Source: a virus
IMG/VR virus record: IMGVR_UViG_3300020473_002209
Coordinates: 62,621-126,620 of that record
DNA length: 64,000 nucleotides
Reading direction: 5' to 3' (one strand)
Part shown: positions 48,695-57,565 of the stretch, piece by piece
Numbering within the stretch: the stretch's first letter is position 1
Layout: each line of letters begins with the position of its first letter
Notes under the pieces: model-generated
What the model saw: the letters and a program-made list of their open reading frames with translations, nothing else
Told to the model about the DNA's origin: nothing
Databases searched by the model: none
Translations under genes and position numbers: made by a program

Positions 48695-49539
48695 CCAAGC
48701 ACTTTTGATATTTGCTTCTGGACCCATGGATCACTTGGGTCCGCGCCTTTTGCGGTAATGGCATCTTGAACCCACTGTCTTCCCACCGGGTTTTGGACCG
48801 GTCCTTCGATAAAAGCAACTGCCGCTGCAGCCGCTTCTTCTTCTGCTGGACCCCATGCATATTCTGTGTTGTCAATAATCTCGAAATTTGAAAACATGCT
48901 CTGGTATGTTTCTAGGTTGGATTGCACGTCTGTCCACATTTCTTCAACTAAGTCTTCAGGGAGTACGCGCTCTCTTTTCTTGTTTCGCTCTTGAGCCATT
49001 TCCAGAGTTGTGTTAACGAACACCATCATCGTATCATAGCCGAGCTCTTCCACAGCAGCTTTTCTACGAGCGATTTTATCAGCATCTGCTCCAGTGCCGT
49101 CGATTATCATTCCCAACCGACCGATTTCAGCCGATCTCTGAGCCGTCTTCTTCATTTTTGACGCTTTGCCTCTTGGCGAATCTGGCGGCTCTGTTACTGC
49201 TTTAAATTCTTCATCACTCATTGCAGCCAGATCGCTTGGCGATATACCAGCGTGCCTGAGGTACATCTCGAATGCCGGGTCGCTATTGATTATTCGGAGC
49301 CCCATGGAAGTTGAAGCTTGATTAGTTGCATTTTCAATTGCGTTTCCACCGAAAATCTCCCCAGCAGTATAGCTTTTGCCGCTACCAGGTCCGCCTGCCA
49401 TGAAGACCGCCTTTAGGATCCCAGGGTCATAGATTCCCTCAATGATCAACCCAATAATCGCTTCGTTGATCTTCTGCTGTGTGTTATAAAGAATTTCTTC
49501 CCTTATGATTTTCCGCAGGTAAGCCTCGTTTAATTCCAT
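48691..49539 (-). CDS. P-loop kinase (zeta-toxin/AAA_33-like) with leader motif
   Basis: KAVFMAGGPGSGKS, INSD, IIDGTG, RN..RER; leader YLRKIIREEIL. Confidence 0.75.
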   Translation of the reverse strand: MELNEAYLRKIIREEILYNTQQKINEAIIGLIIEGIYDPGILKAVFMAGGPGSGKSYTAGEIFGGNAIENATNQASTSMGLRIINSDPAFEMYLRHAGISPSDLAAMSDEEFKAVTEPPDSPRGKASKMKKTAQRSAEIGRLGMIIDGTGADADKIARRKAAVEELGYDTMMVFVNTTLEMAQERNKKRERVLPEDLVEEMWTDVQSNLETYQSMFSNFEIIDNTEYAWGPAEEEAAAAAVAFIEGPVQNPVGRQWVQDAITAKGADPSDPWVQKQISKVLG

Positions 49540-49540
49540 C

Positions 49541-50626
49541 TTACAGTCCGCCAAGAAGGGTGATCGCTATTAAGCCAGGGATTCCTTCCTTTATATATAC
49601 TCCTGAAAACAGCGTTGACGCTCGTCCGCCCACATAAGAAAAAGCAGACTCAAGGCGTCGGCTCACGTCAGGGTCGGAGGCCATATCTCCATTTACTACA
49701 AGCAGTAATGTTCCTGTGGCTGCTCCGCCTGAAGGTGTTGGGCAAGGTGAAGAGCGTAAGCAACCCTGGTAGACCAATGACCCTAAATCGCTTCTAGTAA
49801 CATCACGAACCACTGTGCTTCCGATGACCATCCTACCGTCAGTACTTAAGCACTTTTCAAGGTCCTTGGTGTCGAATGTTTGTATATCAGTATGCTCGTC
49901 AGCGAGCTTCAGTACTTGCGATAATAGCTTAGCAAAGTTTCTGTTAGCAGCAGGGAACATATTCATCATTCCCACTTTTCCCCTTAATAATTGGAGCTGC
50001 TTTTCATTGTCAATAATGATATGCGGTGCACCTTTGACATCTTCAATAAGAGATTTATAGTTTTTAGAAATAGTGGGGTTAAGCATCTCTTGTGCAGTAG
50101 GCTTGGAGATGATGTAAACAACTTTTCCAGACGCCTCGATAGAAGAAAGATACCGTGTTAAAGAACCATGCAGCTCATGACATGCGGATCCTGTTCCACC
50201 ACCGCCACCGGCACAAACGAATAACCAGTCTAACTGACCAAGTCGCGTTCTAACAGCGTCTTCAACAAACGCACTGTTTTCTTGTAAAACTTGCTTTCCA
50301 AGAACGATATCTTTTCCAACACCATCAGCTCCAGGCACCAGCACGAAGTGCGATTCTTCCAAACCACCAGGCTGATCTTTCTTAGTTGTGTTCACTAAAA
50401 TAGTCTTGTTGAACCCGAGGTCTAAAAATGCTTTCGCTAATTTTCCACCACCTCCACCAACGCCGATGAACCCACAAGAAATAGCGGATCTTGCTGAATT
50501 ATCTGGTAATAATCTTTCGTCAGCTTCTGCTGGATCATCATCATAGGCCATTACGAAATCAAAATCATCACCCGCGTCTGGAGCGTTGATGTAAGTATCG
50601 TCTTCTTTTTCATCGATTTTTGACAT
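49541..50626 (-). CDS. Tubulin/FtsZ-family GTPase (PhuZ/TubZ-like)
   Basis: IGVGGGGGK, NT, GADGVGKD, AGGGGGTGS signature, IDNE; ATG 50626 after GAGG. Confidence 0.88.
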   Translation of the reverse strand: MSKIDEKEDDTYINAPDAGDDFDFVMAYDDDPAEADERLLPDNSARSAISCGFIGVGGGGGKLAKAFLDLGFNKTILVNTTKKDQPGGLEESHFVLVPGADGVGKDIVLGKQVLQENSAFVEDAVRTRLGQLDWLFVCAGGGGGTGSACHELHGSLTRYLSSIEASGKVVYIISKPTAQEMLNPTISKNYKSLIEDVKGAPHIIIDNEKQLQLLRGKVGMMNMFPAANRNFAKLLSQVLKLADEHTDIQTFDTKDLEKCLSTDGRMVIGSTVVRDVTRSDLGSLVYQGCLRSSPCPTPSGGAATGTLLLVVNGDMASDPDVSRRLESAFSYVGGRASTLFSGVYIKEGIPGLIAITLLGGL

Positions 50627-50808
50627 TTGTTTTTCCTCTATTATGTTCCCGTCTGGGATCAGGATATTAAGAATTTCCTGTAGGCTTAAGTCTCTAAACC
50701 CTTCATCATGACTGAATTTCTTTCCTGCAAGGGACCAGCTTCCCGAAGCCATATCTGCTCTCCGCTAACCTGACCCCATACTCATGTATTAAATATGCGG
50801 TTTTAGGG

Positions 50809-51078
50809 TTAATTGTCTTCCTTAACTATGCGTAGCATCGAACACGCTGCTGGTCCAAAGAAACAACACTTACCACACTCAACGCAGTATTTGCCGATCT
50901 CTTCTTCAGTCTTAGTTTCGAGAAGCTCTTCCATTGATAGAAGGTCGTCTTTCTTTTCATTCAAAAACTGGCAATCGAAAAAGATTTGGTTTGCCAGATT
51001 CCAAGGATATTTCCTGCACGTTTCAGGTCTTTCGTCGTAGATGCTGCATACGTACTTTGTCTTGTTTTCTTTTCCCAT
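50809..51078 (-). CDS. YkgJ-like (CxxCxxCC) cysteine-cluster protein
   Basis: CSIYDERPETCRKYP and CVECGKCC. Confidence 0.65.
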   Translation of the reverse strand: MGKENKTKYVCSIYDERPETCRKYPWNLANQIFFDCQFLNEKKDDLLSMEELLETKTEEEIGKYCVECGKCCFFGPAACSMLRIVKEDN

Positions 51079-51097
51079 AATCCACTGCGAAGAGCTT

Positions 51098-51130
51098 AAA
51101 AAAGGAGGCACCCAATTGGGCGCCCCCTTC
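51098..51130 (-). terminator. Rho-independent terminator (minus strand)
   Basis: GAAGGGGGCGCCC-AATT-GGGTGCCTCCTTTTTT. Confidence 0.75.
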
Positions 51131-51140
51131 AGGATTGAGC

Positions 51141-51353
51141 CTACTTTTTCTCAACAAAAGCATAAAGCTTTTCAGCTTCAGCAATTACATCTTCCGATGT
51201 AAAAGGGTCAATAGGCTTCCTTTGATACCTTTTATCATTCTCAGCAAGAAAATGCTCATTCGCTTCCAGTCGACTTACTCTCTCAGAAACGATTCCCATC
51301 GCCATTCCCAACAATTCTTGGCGGAGTTGGTACCCGCTTTTATTATCTGCCAT
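51141..51353 (-). CDS. Small conserved phage-type protein
   Basis: KSGYQLRQELLGMA...EDVIAEAEKLYAFV; AGGAG RBS. Confidence 0.7.
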   Translation of the reverse strand: MADNKSGYQLRQELLGMAMGIVSERVSRLEANEHFLAENDKRYQRKPIDPFTSEDVIAEAEKLYAFVEKK

Positions 51354-51414
51354 TTTATTCTCCTATAGTGTGTGTGTAATAATCGAGTGTGGCATACACT
51401 CATGAAAAAAATAA

Positions 51415-51448
51415 AGAAAGAGCAACGTATGTAAACGCTGCTCTTTTA
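51415..51448. terminator. Hairpin downstream of tmRNA
   Basis: AAAGAGCA...TGCTCTTT inverted repeat. Confidence 0.55.
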
Positions 51449-51454
51449 TAAAGG

Positions 51455-51791
51455 TGGTGGAGGCGGCGGGAGTCGAACCCGCGTCCGCAATAGTCTTAGT
51501 TTGAGTCATCCACAAGCTTGTCTGATCATTTCTCCGACCAGTAGGATAGTCACTGCATTTTTTGCCTCCGCTGTGACCGAGTGAGGACTGGTGGGCTTTT
51601 ATTCCTCAGCAGGACCAACTGCTCAAGCCTAAATTGGATAGATGGCTTTAGGCGGCCACCCGATTAAGCGGCTAAGCGCTCTTCGAAGTGATTGTTGTTA
51701 TTTGCAACTATTGTTTTGAACGATTAGGGGCCGTTTCTTACCCGCTTGCACTCTCCCCTTGATTCTACCCCGTCGAAGCCGTTACGCCCCC
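51455..51791 (-). ncRNA. ssrA: tmRNA; tag reading frame 51705-51664 encodes ANNNNHFEERLAA*
   Basis: 5' GGGGGCG pairs with CGCCUCC-A-CCA 3' including G3:U; T-arm GCGGGTTCGACTCCCGC; ATAGTT-GCA resume context; tag ends LAA. Confidence 0.95.
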
Positions 51792-51886
51792 GTTAAATGT
51801 TTGGTTTTTCTTATTATATTTATCGACATCGTAGTTTTTACGACATATTTAGACATAACTTCGCCCATTTAAAGAGGTACCTATTC

Positions 51887-52768
51887 GTGGATGAGCTTAA
51901 GCTACTCGAGGCAGTATTAGACCGCCTTCGAAATTACGAAAAAATTGACGAGTGCATAATAGTCGGCGGCGAGGTGGACGGTGACCACGTTCTTGCAAAA
52001 TCCAGAGACAGAAACTACCATGCTAGAGTTGAGATCATTCGTGATTTGCTAGATGACGGTACTGAGATAGTATATTTTGAAGACCTCGATACAGGTTATG
52101 CCGAAGGCATGAATTCCCACGGTTTGGGTGTTATTAATTCTGCTCTTTCTATTGCTGATGATGAGAAAGCGAAAGACAAGACGAAGGGCAAGGTCAATTC
52201 TGACGATGGCCCAAGAATGATAAACGCTCTACAGTACCAGGACATAGATGAAGCCATAAAGTCTCTGGTTGGTTTTATGGGTGGCATCAAGGGACACACA
52301 TTCGTCGGCAATCCCCAGTCTTTGTACAGCATCGAGATGTCTTCAGCTCACACTCCTGTAATTACACCCCTAGATCCTACGACTGGTTTCGATGTACGCA
52401 CAAATCATGGTATGGATCACGACGGTGCAGGATATTCTCCAGAGCGCCGCCCAGACGACTACATGTCTTCTAAAATACGGAAAGCACAGGCAGAAGTAGA
52501 GCTATCTGATGTCGCAGATTTTGAAGAAATCGCTCCTGCTTTAGCTCAGCAAAACTTCGACGCAGGCTCAAACAACAATATGCTACGTAGAACAGAACCT
52601 GATAGCGGGATGGTGACTACTTCACAAGTTGCCATGCATCTTCCCAAGAAAGAGTTCATTTTCTACTATTTCCCTGATGAGTGCGATTTTGAGGGGATTG
52701 TTGATAAAACTCCGGAAAATTACGAGCCAAAGATCAATATTCGAGTAATAGAGCGTCCAGAAAGCTAG
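51887..52768 (+). CDS. Ntn-hydrolase-like protein (Cys nucleophile type)
   Basis: E-CIIVGG...VLAKSRDR, EGMNSHG, RTNH. Confidence 0.6.
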   Translation: MDELKLLEAVLDRLRNYEKIDECIIVGGEVDGDHVLAKSRDRNYHARVEIIRDLLDDGTEIVYFEDLDTGYAEGMNSHGLGVINSALSIADDEKAKDKTKGKVNSDDGPRMINALQYQDIDEAIKSLVGFMGGIKGHTFVGNPQSLYSIEMSSAHTPVITPLDPTTGFDVRTNHGMDHDGAGYSPERRPDDYMSSKIRKAQAEVELSDVADFEEIAPALAQQNFDAGSNNNMLRRTEPDSGMVTTSQVAMHLPKKEFIFYYFPDECDFEGIVDKTPENYEPKINIRVIERPES

Positions 52769-52811
52769 ACTTGTACAACCTACTGTACTTTTCTACAATA
52801 TATTTAAGGAC

Positions 52812-53576
52812 ATGCCTATTAAGAGGATCATAGCTTTTGATTTTGATGACACACTTGCGCAGACTGTGTCAACAATCGGTGTACGTCGAATTTTAGACGA
52901 TGGAAATTCCATTGATGACGCAATGCTGGATGGAACATTCGAAGACTGGTTATTAGACAACAATATCCAGTATACCAGGAATGAGCACGGGTTTTATTGG
53001 TTAGACTCTGCAAATTTCGCTCTTTATGAAGAGCTTCAGGTTCCGGATGGATTTAAGGATGAAATAGACTATTCGGGAACGGCTTCTATTGATATGTCAC
53101 TATCGAAAGGTATCGCCTCTATGCTCGGTAAACTGGCAGAGGCGCAAGCAGACCCTGATACACTTGCGCTCGTTGTAACAGCAAGAGCTGGTAATAAAGA
53201 CATGTATAGCCCGGCTCGGGGAGCGAATATAACACCGCAGAACAGACAGCAGATCATTCAGTTTCTTAATGACAATGGTATCGGCATATCTGACGGACAG
53301 TTACATACAGTGGGAGATATGGATGGCGAAACACCCGCTGGTAAGGCATCTGTGCTGGCTGGGTACCTTGATCAACATCAACCGGAAGAATTAATCTTTT
53401 ATGATGACAGTGAAAGAAATGTCCGCGCAGTAGCTCAACTTTGTAAGCAATATTCACCTGATGTTAAGATTTCTGCATATCGTGTTGCCAATGGTTCGGC
53501 TTCTAGCCCAGAAACCTGCACTGAGAGTATAAAAGACCGTCTCCGCAAAATACTTATGACAGTATTACGGGGATAA
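52812..53576 (+). CDS. HAD-superfamily hydrolase
   Basis: AFDFDDTL, VTAR, K, FYDDS..N. Confidence 0.8.
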   Translation: MPIKRIIAFDFDDTLAQTVSTIGVRRILDDGNSIDDAMLDGTFEDWLLDNNIQYTRNEHGFYWLDSANFALYEELQVPDGFKDEIDYSGTASIDMSLSKGIASMLGKLAEAQADPDTLALVVTARAGNKDMYSPARGANITPQNRQQIIQFLNDNGIGISDGQLHTVGDMDGETPAGKASVLAGYLDQHQPEELIFYDDSERNVRAVAQLCKQYSPDVKISAYRVANGSASSPETCTESIKDRLRKILMTVLRG

Positions 53577-53580
53577 GTGT

Positions 53581-53880
53581 ATGAAGGTCTTACGAGAGTA
53601 CATTAGGGCTCTTATCAAAGAAACATATCAAAGTCATTCGTTCGAACCAAAAGAGGGCGATATGATTGTGAATGTCAATGACAATTGCAAGCACCGGGGT
53701 AGCGAGGGTGCTGTCGTTTCTGTTGAAGAATTACCACATGAGCAAGGAAAGGTTGTTGGGTACCGATGCACAAACTCTGGCCCAACATGGGGCGAAGGTG
53801 ATGTTCTTAAGAAGACGATGGACCAACTAGAGCCGATGCTAAACCCTGCTGGAAGATCGTATACTGTTCGTAGAAGGTAA
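53581..53880 (+). CDS. Leader-motif protein with SH3-like domain
   Basis: MKVLREYIRALIKE; EGDMIVN...GAVVSV. Confidence 0.65.
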   Translation: MKVLREYIRALIKETYQSHSFEPKEGDMIVNVNDNCKHRGSEGAVVSVEELPHEQGKVVGYRCTNSGPTWGEGDVLKKTMDQLEPMLNPAGRSYTVRRR

Positions 53881-53881
53881 A

Positions 53882-55081
53882 ATGATAACTGAACTTTGCA
53901 TATTTGATTTTGATGCAACTCTTTTTATGAGCCCAATGTTTCCTGATGACTGGGAAGGTCATACCGGTGATTGGTTTGACACACTTCAGTCTCTCACTCC
54001 TCCATGTGTTGTTGACCCGGGCCCGCTGTGGATTGGTAGCTCTGTATCAGCGGCACAAGAAGCCATCAGCCGACCTGAAGCTTATGTCGTTCTCATGACT
54101 GGTCGAGGGATGTCACCAGAGTTGTATGAGAGAGTATCTGAGCTCGTATCATCAGCTGGTTTATCATTTGATGAAATCCATCTGAAGCCAGGCGGCAGAA
54201 CCATGGGCTGGAAATCATCGATGCTCGAGCAATTTATTCAGAAGTTTCCAGATCTTCAGACTGTGCAAGTTTGGGAAGATAGGTCAGACCACTTAGACCA
54301 CTTCATACAGGTTGCAGAAGCAGCAGGTCTTGAAGCTATACCTCACTTTGTTGGTAATGTTCTTAAAGACCCATGCGTACTCGATGATCCAGTTCAGGAA
54401 GCAGCGCTGCGACAGTACGTGAGAGACTTGTTGGTCGAGGTTAATGAGTACGGCTGGAATAAAGCTGACCGGAAGACTATGGGCCAAGACGGAAAAGCTA
54501 ATGGTCGTCAAAAGAAAAATTGGGTAGGCCAGAACACCAATGACGTGATTACCAACTGGTATAAGAAGATGGGTCTGGCTGAAGCTATTGGGCTATTAGC
54601 GGAAAAAGACAACTCAGCTGGATCCGGACAGAGATACATCTATCGTGGTATGAAGATTGATATGGGAGAGGCTGGCTTGGCTTCTCAAATTAGAAAGATA
54701 GCCCAAAACAAGCCCGCCGGTATTAGCGAGCGAGAAGCCGGCTCCTTTATTATGGGTAAATTACAGAATGAAACTATCGGCGAGTCTTGGACTACGAACC
54801 AGGACGTTGCAGCCAATTTTGCAGATGCATGGGAAGCTACAAATAGGGGCAGCACTCTTCACGTAATGTTTACTGGTAAGATACCAAACGAATTTGGATA
54901 TGATCCCACCACCACTGGCGAAGAGCCTGCGATGTTCGAAGACGAGAGCGAAGTTAGGATCCCAAAAGGTGAAGAGATTGAAATAGCCAATGTCGCAGTT
55001 TTTATTGCAAGCAAGAAGGGCGGCAAGATGTGGCAGAAGTTTCAGCCTGTTGCGTTTAATCTGGGGAATGTTAAGGCATGA
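53882..55081 (+). CDS. HAD hydrolase fused to ADP-ribosyltransferase-like domain
   Basis: FDFDATLFMSP, MTGR, WEDR; then IYRGM...ESWTT...EDESEV. Confidence 0.65.
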   Translation: MITELCIFDFDATLFMSPMFPDDWEGHTGDWFDTLQSLTPPCVVDPGPLWIGSSVSAAQEAISRPEAYVVLMTGRGMSPELYERVSELVSSAGLSFDEIHLKPGGRTMGWKSSMLEQFIQKFPDLQTVQVWEDRSDHLDHFIQVAEAAGLEAIPHFVGNVLKDPCVLDDPVQEAALRQYVRDLLVEVNEYGWNKADRKTMGQDGKANGRQKKNWVGQNTNDVITNWYKKMGLAEAIGLLAEKDNSAGSGQRYIYRGMKIDMGEAGLASQIRKIAQNKPAGISEREAGSFIMGKLQNETIGESWTTNQDVAANFADAWEATNRGSTLHVMFTGKIPNEFGYDPTTTGEEPAMFEDESEVRIPKGEEIEIANVAVFIASKKGGKMWQKFQPVAFNLGNVKA

Positions 55082-55347
55082 ACCAGCTAAAAGAAAAAAT
55101 CCAAGAATTTGTTGAAGACTATATCAACCCAGCTCTCGCAGCTCATTCCGGCCACTTGGCTGTTGAAGATTTTGACGATGAAGGTGTTCTACACGTCAGA
55201 CTAAGTGGGGGCTGCCAGGGTTGCGCCGCTTCTAAGCAAACGCTGCAGGGGCAAGTAGGCGCGTACCTTACCGAAGAGTTTCCAGAAATAACAGGGATTG
55301 TAGATTTAACAGACCATGCTGAGGGAGAGAACCCTTATTATGCCTAA
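55078..55347 (+). CDS. NifU/NfuA C-terminal domain protein
   Basis: INPALAAHSG, LSGGCQGC. Confidence 0.88.
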   Translation: MNQLKEKIQEFVEDYINPALAAHSGHLAVEDFDDEGVLHVRLSGGCQGCAASKQTLQGQVGAYLTEEFPEITGIVDLTDHAEGENPYYA

Positions 55348-55780
55348 TTTTAGAGCTATCTTTTTGCTGCTGCTAACGGGTTGTACTAATCAAGAATCGC
55401 CTATAATACCCTGCGAATCAGACCAAACATCTCAAACAGGTGTTTACGAGATGACGACCTCAGAAATCTTAGGAGATTGCGGGTCCATGGGCAGTTTACC
55501 TGTAACGATTGATAACGGCATCGTCCTACTAGACGAAGGAGTTGGCTGCACCATGATCGATTCATCTTGGTCTGATGGTACTTGCACAACTGAGTCTGTA
55601 TTCGACTGCGACGACGGTACTTGGGTCATGCACCTCGAGTGGTCAGTAGCAACAGACCCTATCGACGAAAGCAAACTTACAGGAACTTTATTGGCAGATA
55701 TGTCAAAATGGAATGGGATCTACACTTGCTATAGTGAGTATGATTTTGATGCTGTAAGAACTGGAGACATTGTAGAATGA
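55340..55780 (+). CDS. Putative lipoprotein
   Basis: LLLLLTGC lipobox. Confidence 0.65.
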   Translation: MPNFRAIFLLLLTGCTNQESPIIPCESDQTSQTGVYEMTTSEILGDCGSMGSLPVTIDNGIVLLDEGVGCTMIDSSWSDGTCTTESVFDCDDGTWVMHLEWSVATDPIDESKLTGTLLADMSKWNGIYTCYSEYDFDAVRTGDIVE

Positions 55781-56346
55781 AACTCCTCCGTGAATATATA
55801 AAAGAAGTGATTAGCGAAACCTATTTTCCGCTTGAGGGTGGAGACAAAATGCGCGTTCATCATTCTCGCAAGGGTACCCGCTCCGGTGACGAACCACAAG
55901 TTAGTGGTTTTTCTCAAAAGATTGGCAACAAGCCAGACGGTCTTTGGTATGAGTGCCAAGACGGAAGCGCAGAAACCTGGGAAGAATTTTGCAACACTGG
56001 CTTCGGCGATGATCAGTACTATGAAAAGAAATACGACGGCCAGTATAACGTTATCTTAAATGATTACGAGATCCTCTTTATTCCGGACGAGTACCACTTT
56101 GAGAAGTTCTATAAGATGTACAGCGTTCCTCACCCCGCTGACCCTGATGGAAAGAAGGGCTACGACAAGCAGATCGATTGGCCAAGAGTCGCTAGCGACT
56201 ACGCCGGAATAGAGATTTGTCCCTATCTTTCAAGCAAGCGCAATGATGATGATAGCTTCTGGTATTACGGCTGGGATGTCGCATCAGGCTGTGTTTGGGA
56301 CCCATCAGGCGTCAAAGAGTTAGTGGGGGCAGGTGATTGCGAATGA
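55777..56346 (+). CDS. Leader-motif protein, unknown domain
   Basis: MKLLREYIKEVISE; KPDGLWY, YYGWDVASGCVW. Confidence 0.7.
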   Translation: MKLLREYIKEVISETYFPLEGGDKMRVHHSRKGTRSGDEPQVSGFSQKIGNKPDGLWYECQDGSAETWEEFCNTGFGDDQYYEKKYDGQYNVILNDYEILFIPDEYHFEKFYKMYSVPHPADPDGKKGYDKQIDWPRVASDYAGIEICPYLSSKRNDDDSFWYYGWDVASGCVWDPSGVKELVGAGDCE

Positions 56347-56984
56347 GCCTCCTTCGTGAATACATAAGAGAGCTCTTGACAGAAGCAGCCTATGGCTTGG
56401 ATGAGTTTGAAAAGCGCGGTTTCGGTGTTTCTATAGAAGACAGTGGGGATGCATTCGAAATAATGATACATGATAACTGGCCGCCTCAGCCGTATAGCAC
56501 TCTCGGTACAATATCAGCCATGCAGAATGCTGAGCCTGATAATGGTCCATGCTTAGGTGGTTATACAGTCACATGGTCAAGCGTTGACGAGGACGGTTGG
56601 GGTCCATTACTTTATGATTTAGCGATGGAGCTTGCTACGTCCAAAGGGTCCGGCTTAACACCGGACCGAACTAACGTTTCATTCCAGGCCAACAAGGTTT
56701 GGGATTATTATCTAGCAAATCGCAGTGATGTTGAAATGGTTCAGATGGATGATTTATCAAATCGTTTGACTCCTGGCACAAAAGAAGACAATTGCGCAAT
56801 GACGCTGGCATACGAAAGAGGTCTTGAATCCGGAACGTTCTGGGATGAAGATAATCAAGAGACCCCCTGGGATCCGTACGGCAAAGATGTGCTAGAGCAA
56901 AGCCCACTTTCAAAGATGGGTGTATGGAAAGGCGCGGCCAATATTGATGCGATCAAGGCGATGGACAGGTGGATTGAAATATGA
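56343..56984 (+). CDS. Leader-motif protein, GNAT-like domain
   Basis: MSLLREYIRELLTE; GWGPLLYDLAME...VS.QA.KVWDYY. Confidence 0.6.
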   Translation: MSLLREYIRELLTEAAYGLDEFEKRGFGVSIEDSGDAFEIMIHDNWPPQPYSTLGTISAMQNAEPDNGPCLGGYTVTWSSVDEDGWGPLLYDLAMELATSKGSGLTPDRTNVSFQANKVWDYYLANRSDVEMVQMDDLSNRLTPGTKEDNCAMTLAYERGLESGTFWDEDNQETPWDPYGKDVLEQSPLSKMGVWKGAANIDAIKAMDRWIEI

Positions 56985-57565
56985 ACCTGCTACGTGAATA
57001 CATAAGAGAACTCTTGACAGAATCAGTTGATTCGAAAATCATGTCAATGATCGACGAGCTAGAAAGTAACGGTGGGTATGTTGAGATATTGCCAGATAGA
57101 GTTATGATTTGGGAGCCTACTGAAAACAATCCACGCCGATGGGTGGCGATGGTAGCTTACGAAACAACGGTCGCAGCAGGAGCCGGCAAATGCGGTGGCG
57201 CCGATAGCGTAGTTCAAAGTGCAACCGCCAAAACAGGTCTTGGTCCACTCGCCTATGATGTTGCAATAGAGGAAACCGGCGGTCTCGGGATGATCTCAGA
57301 CAGGGCATCAGTCTCCAGGGATGCTCGAGCTGTTTGGGACTACTACATGAACAACAGACCGGACGTTATTAAGCAGCAGCTTGACGACCTACACAACACA
57401 CTCACCCCAGAAGATGAAGACAACTGTGATCAATACGTAGCGATTAAAGATGCACAGGGGATGCATATGCCCAAGAACTGGAAAGATGATGCGTTAAGCA
57501 AACTATACAAAAAGTCGGGTACGCCAGTTATGGATGAGCTTCGTAAACGGGGGATGCTTAAATGA
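56981..57565 (+). CDS. Leader-motif protein, GNAT-like paralogue of 56343
   Basis: MNLLREYIRELLTE; GLGPLAYDVAIE...VSRDARAVWDYY...LDDL.N.LTP..EDNC. Confidence 0.6.
   Translation: MNLLREYIRELLTESVDSKIMSMIDELESNGGYVEILPDRVMIWEPTENNPRRWVAMVAYETTVAAGAGKCGGADSVVQSATAKTGLGPLAYDVAIEETGGLGMISDRASVSRDARAVWDYYMNNRPDVIKQQLDDLHNTLTPEDEDNCDQYVAIKDAQGMHMPKNWKDDALSKLYKKSGTPVMDELRKRGMLK

Noticed and set aside
51455-51490. tRNA-like 3' end (T-arm + CCA) as a tRNA gene or att site
   Set aside because: It pairs with a 5' end 337 nt away and encloses a tag ORF, so it is tmRNA; no duplicate copy or integrase seen.
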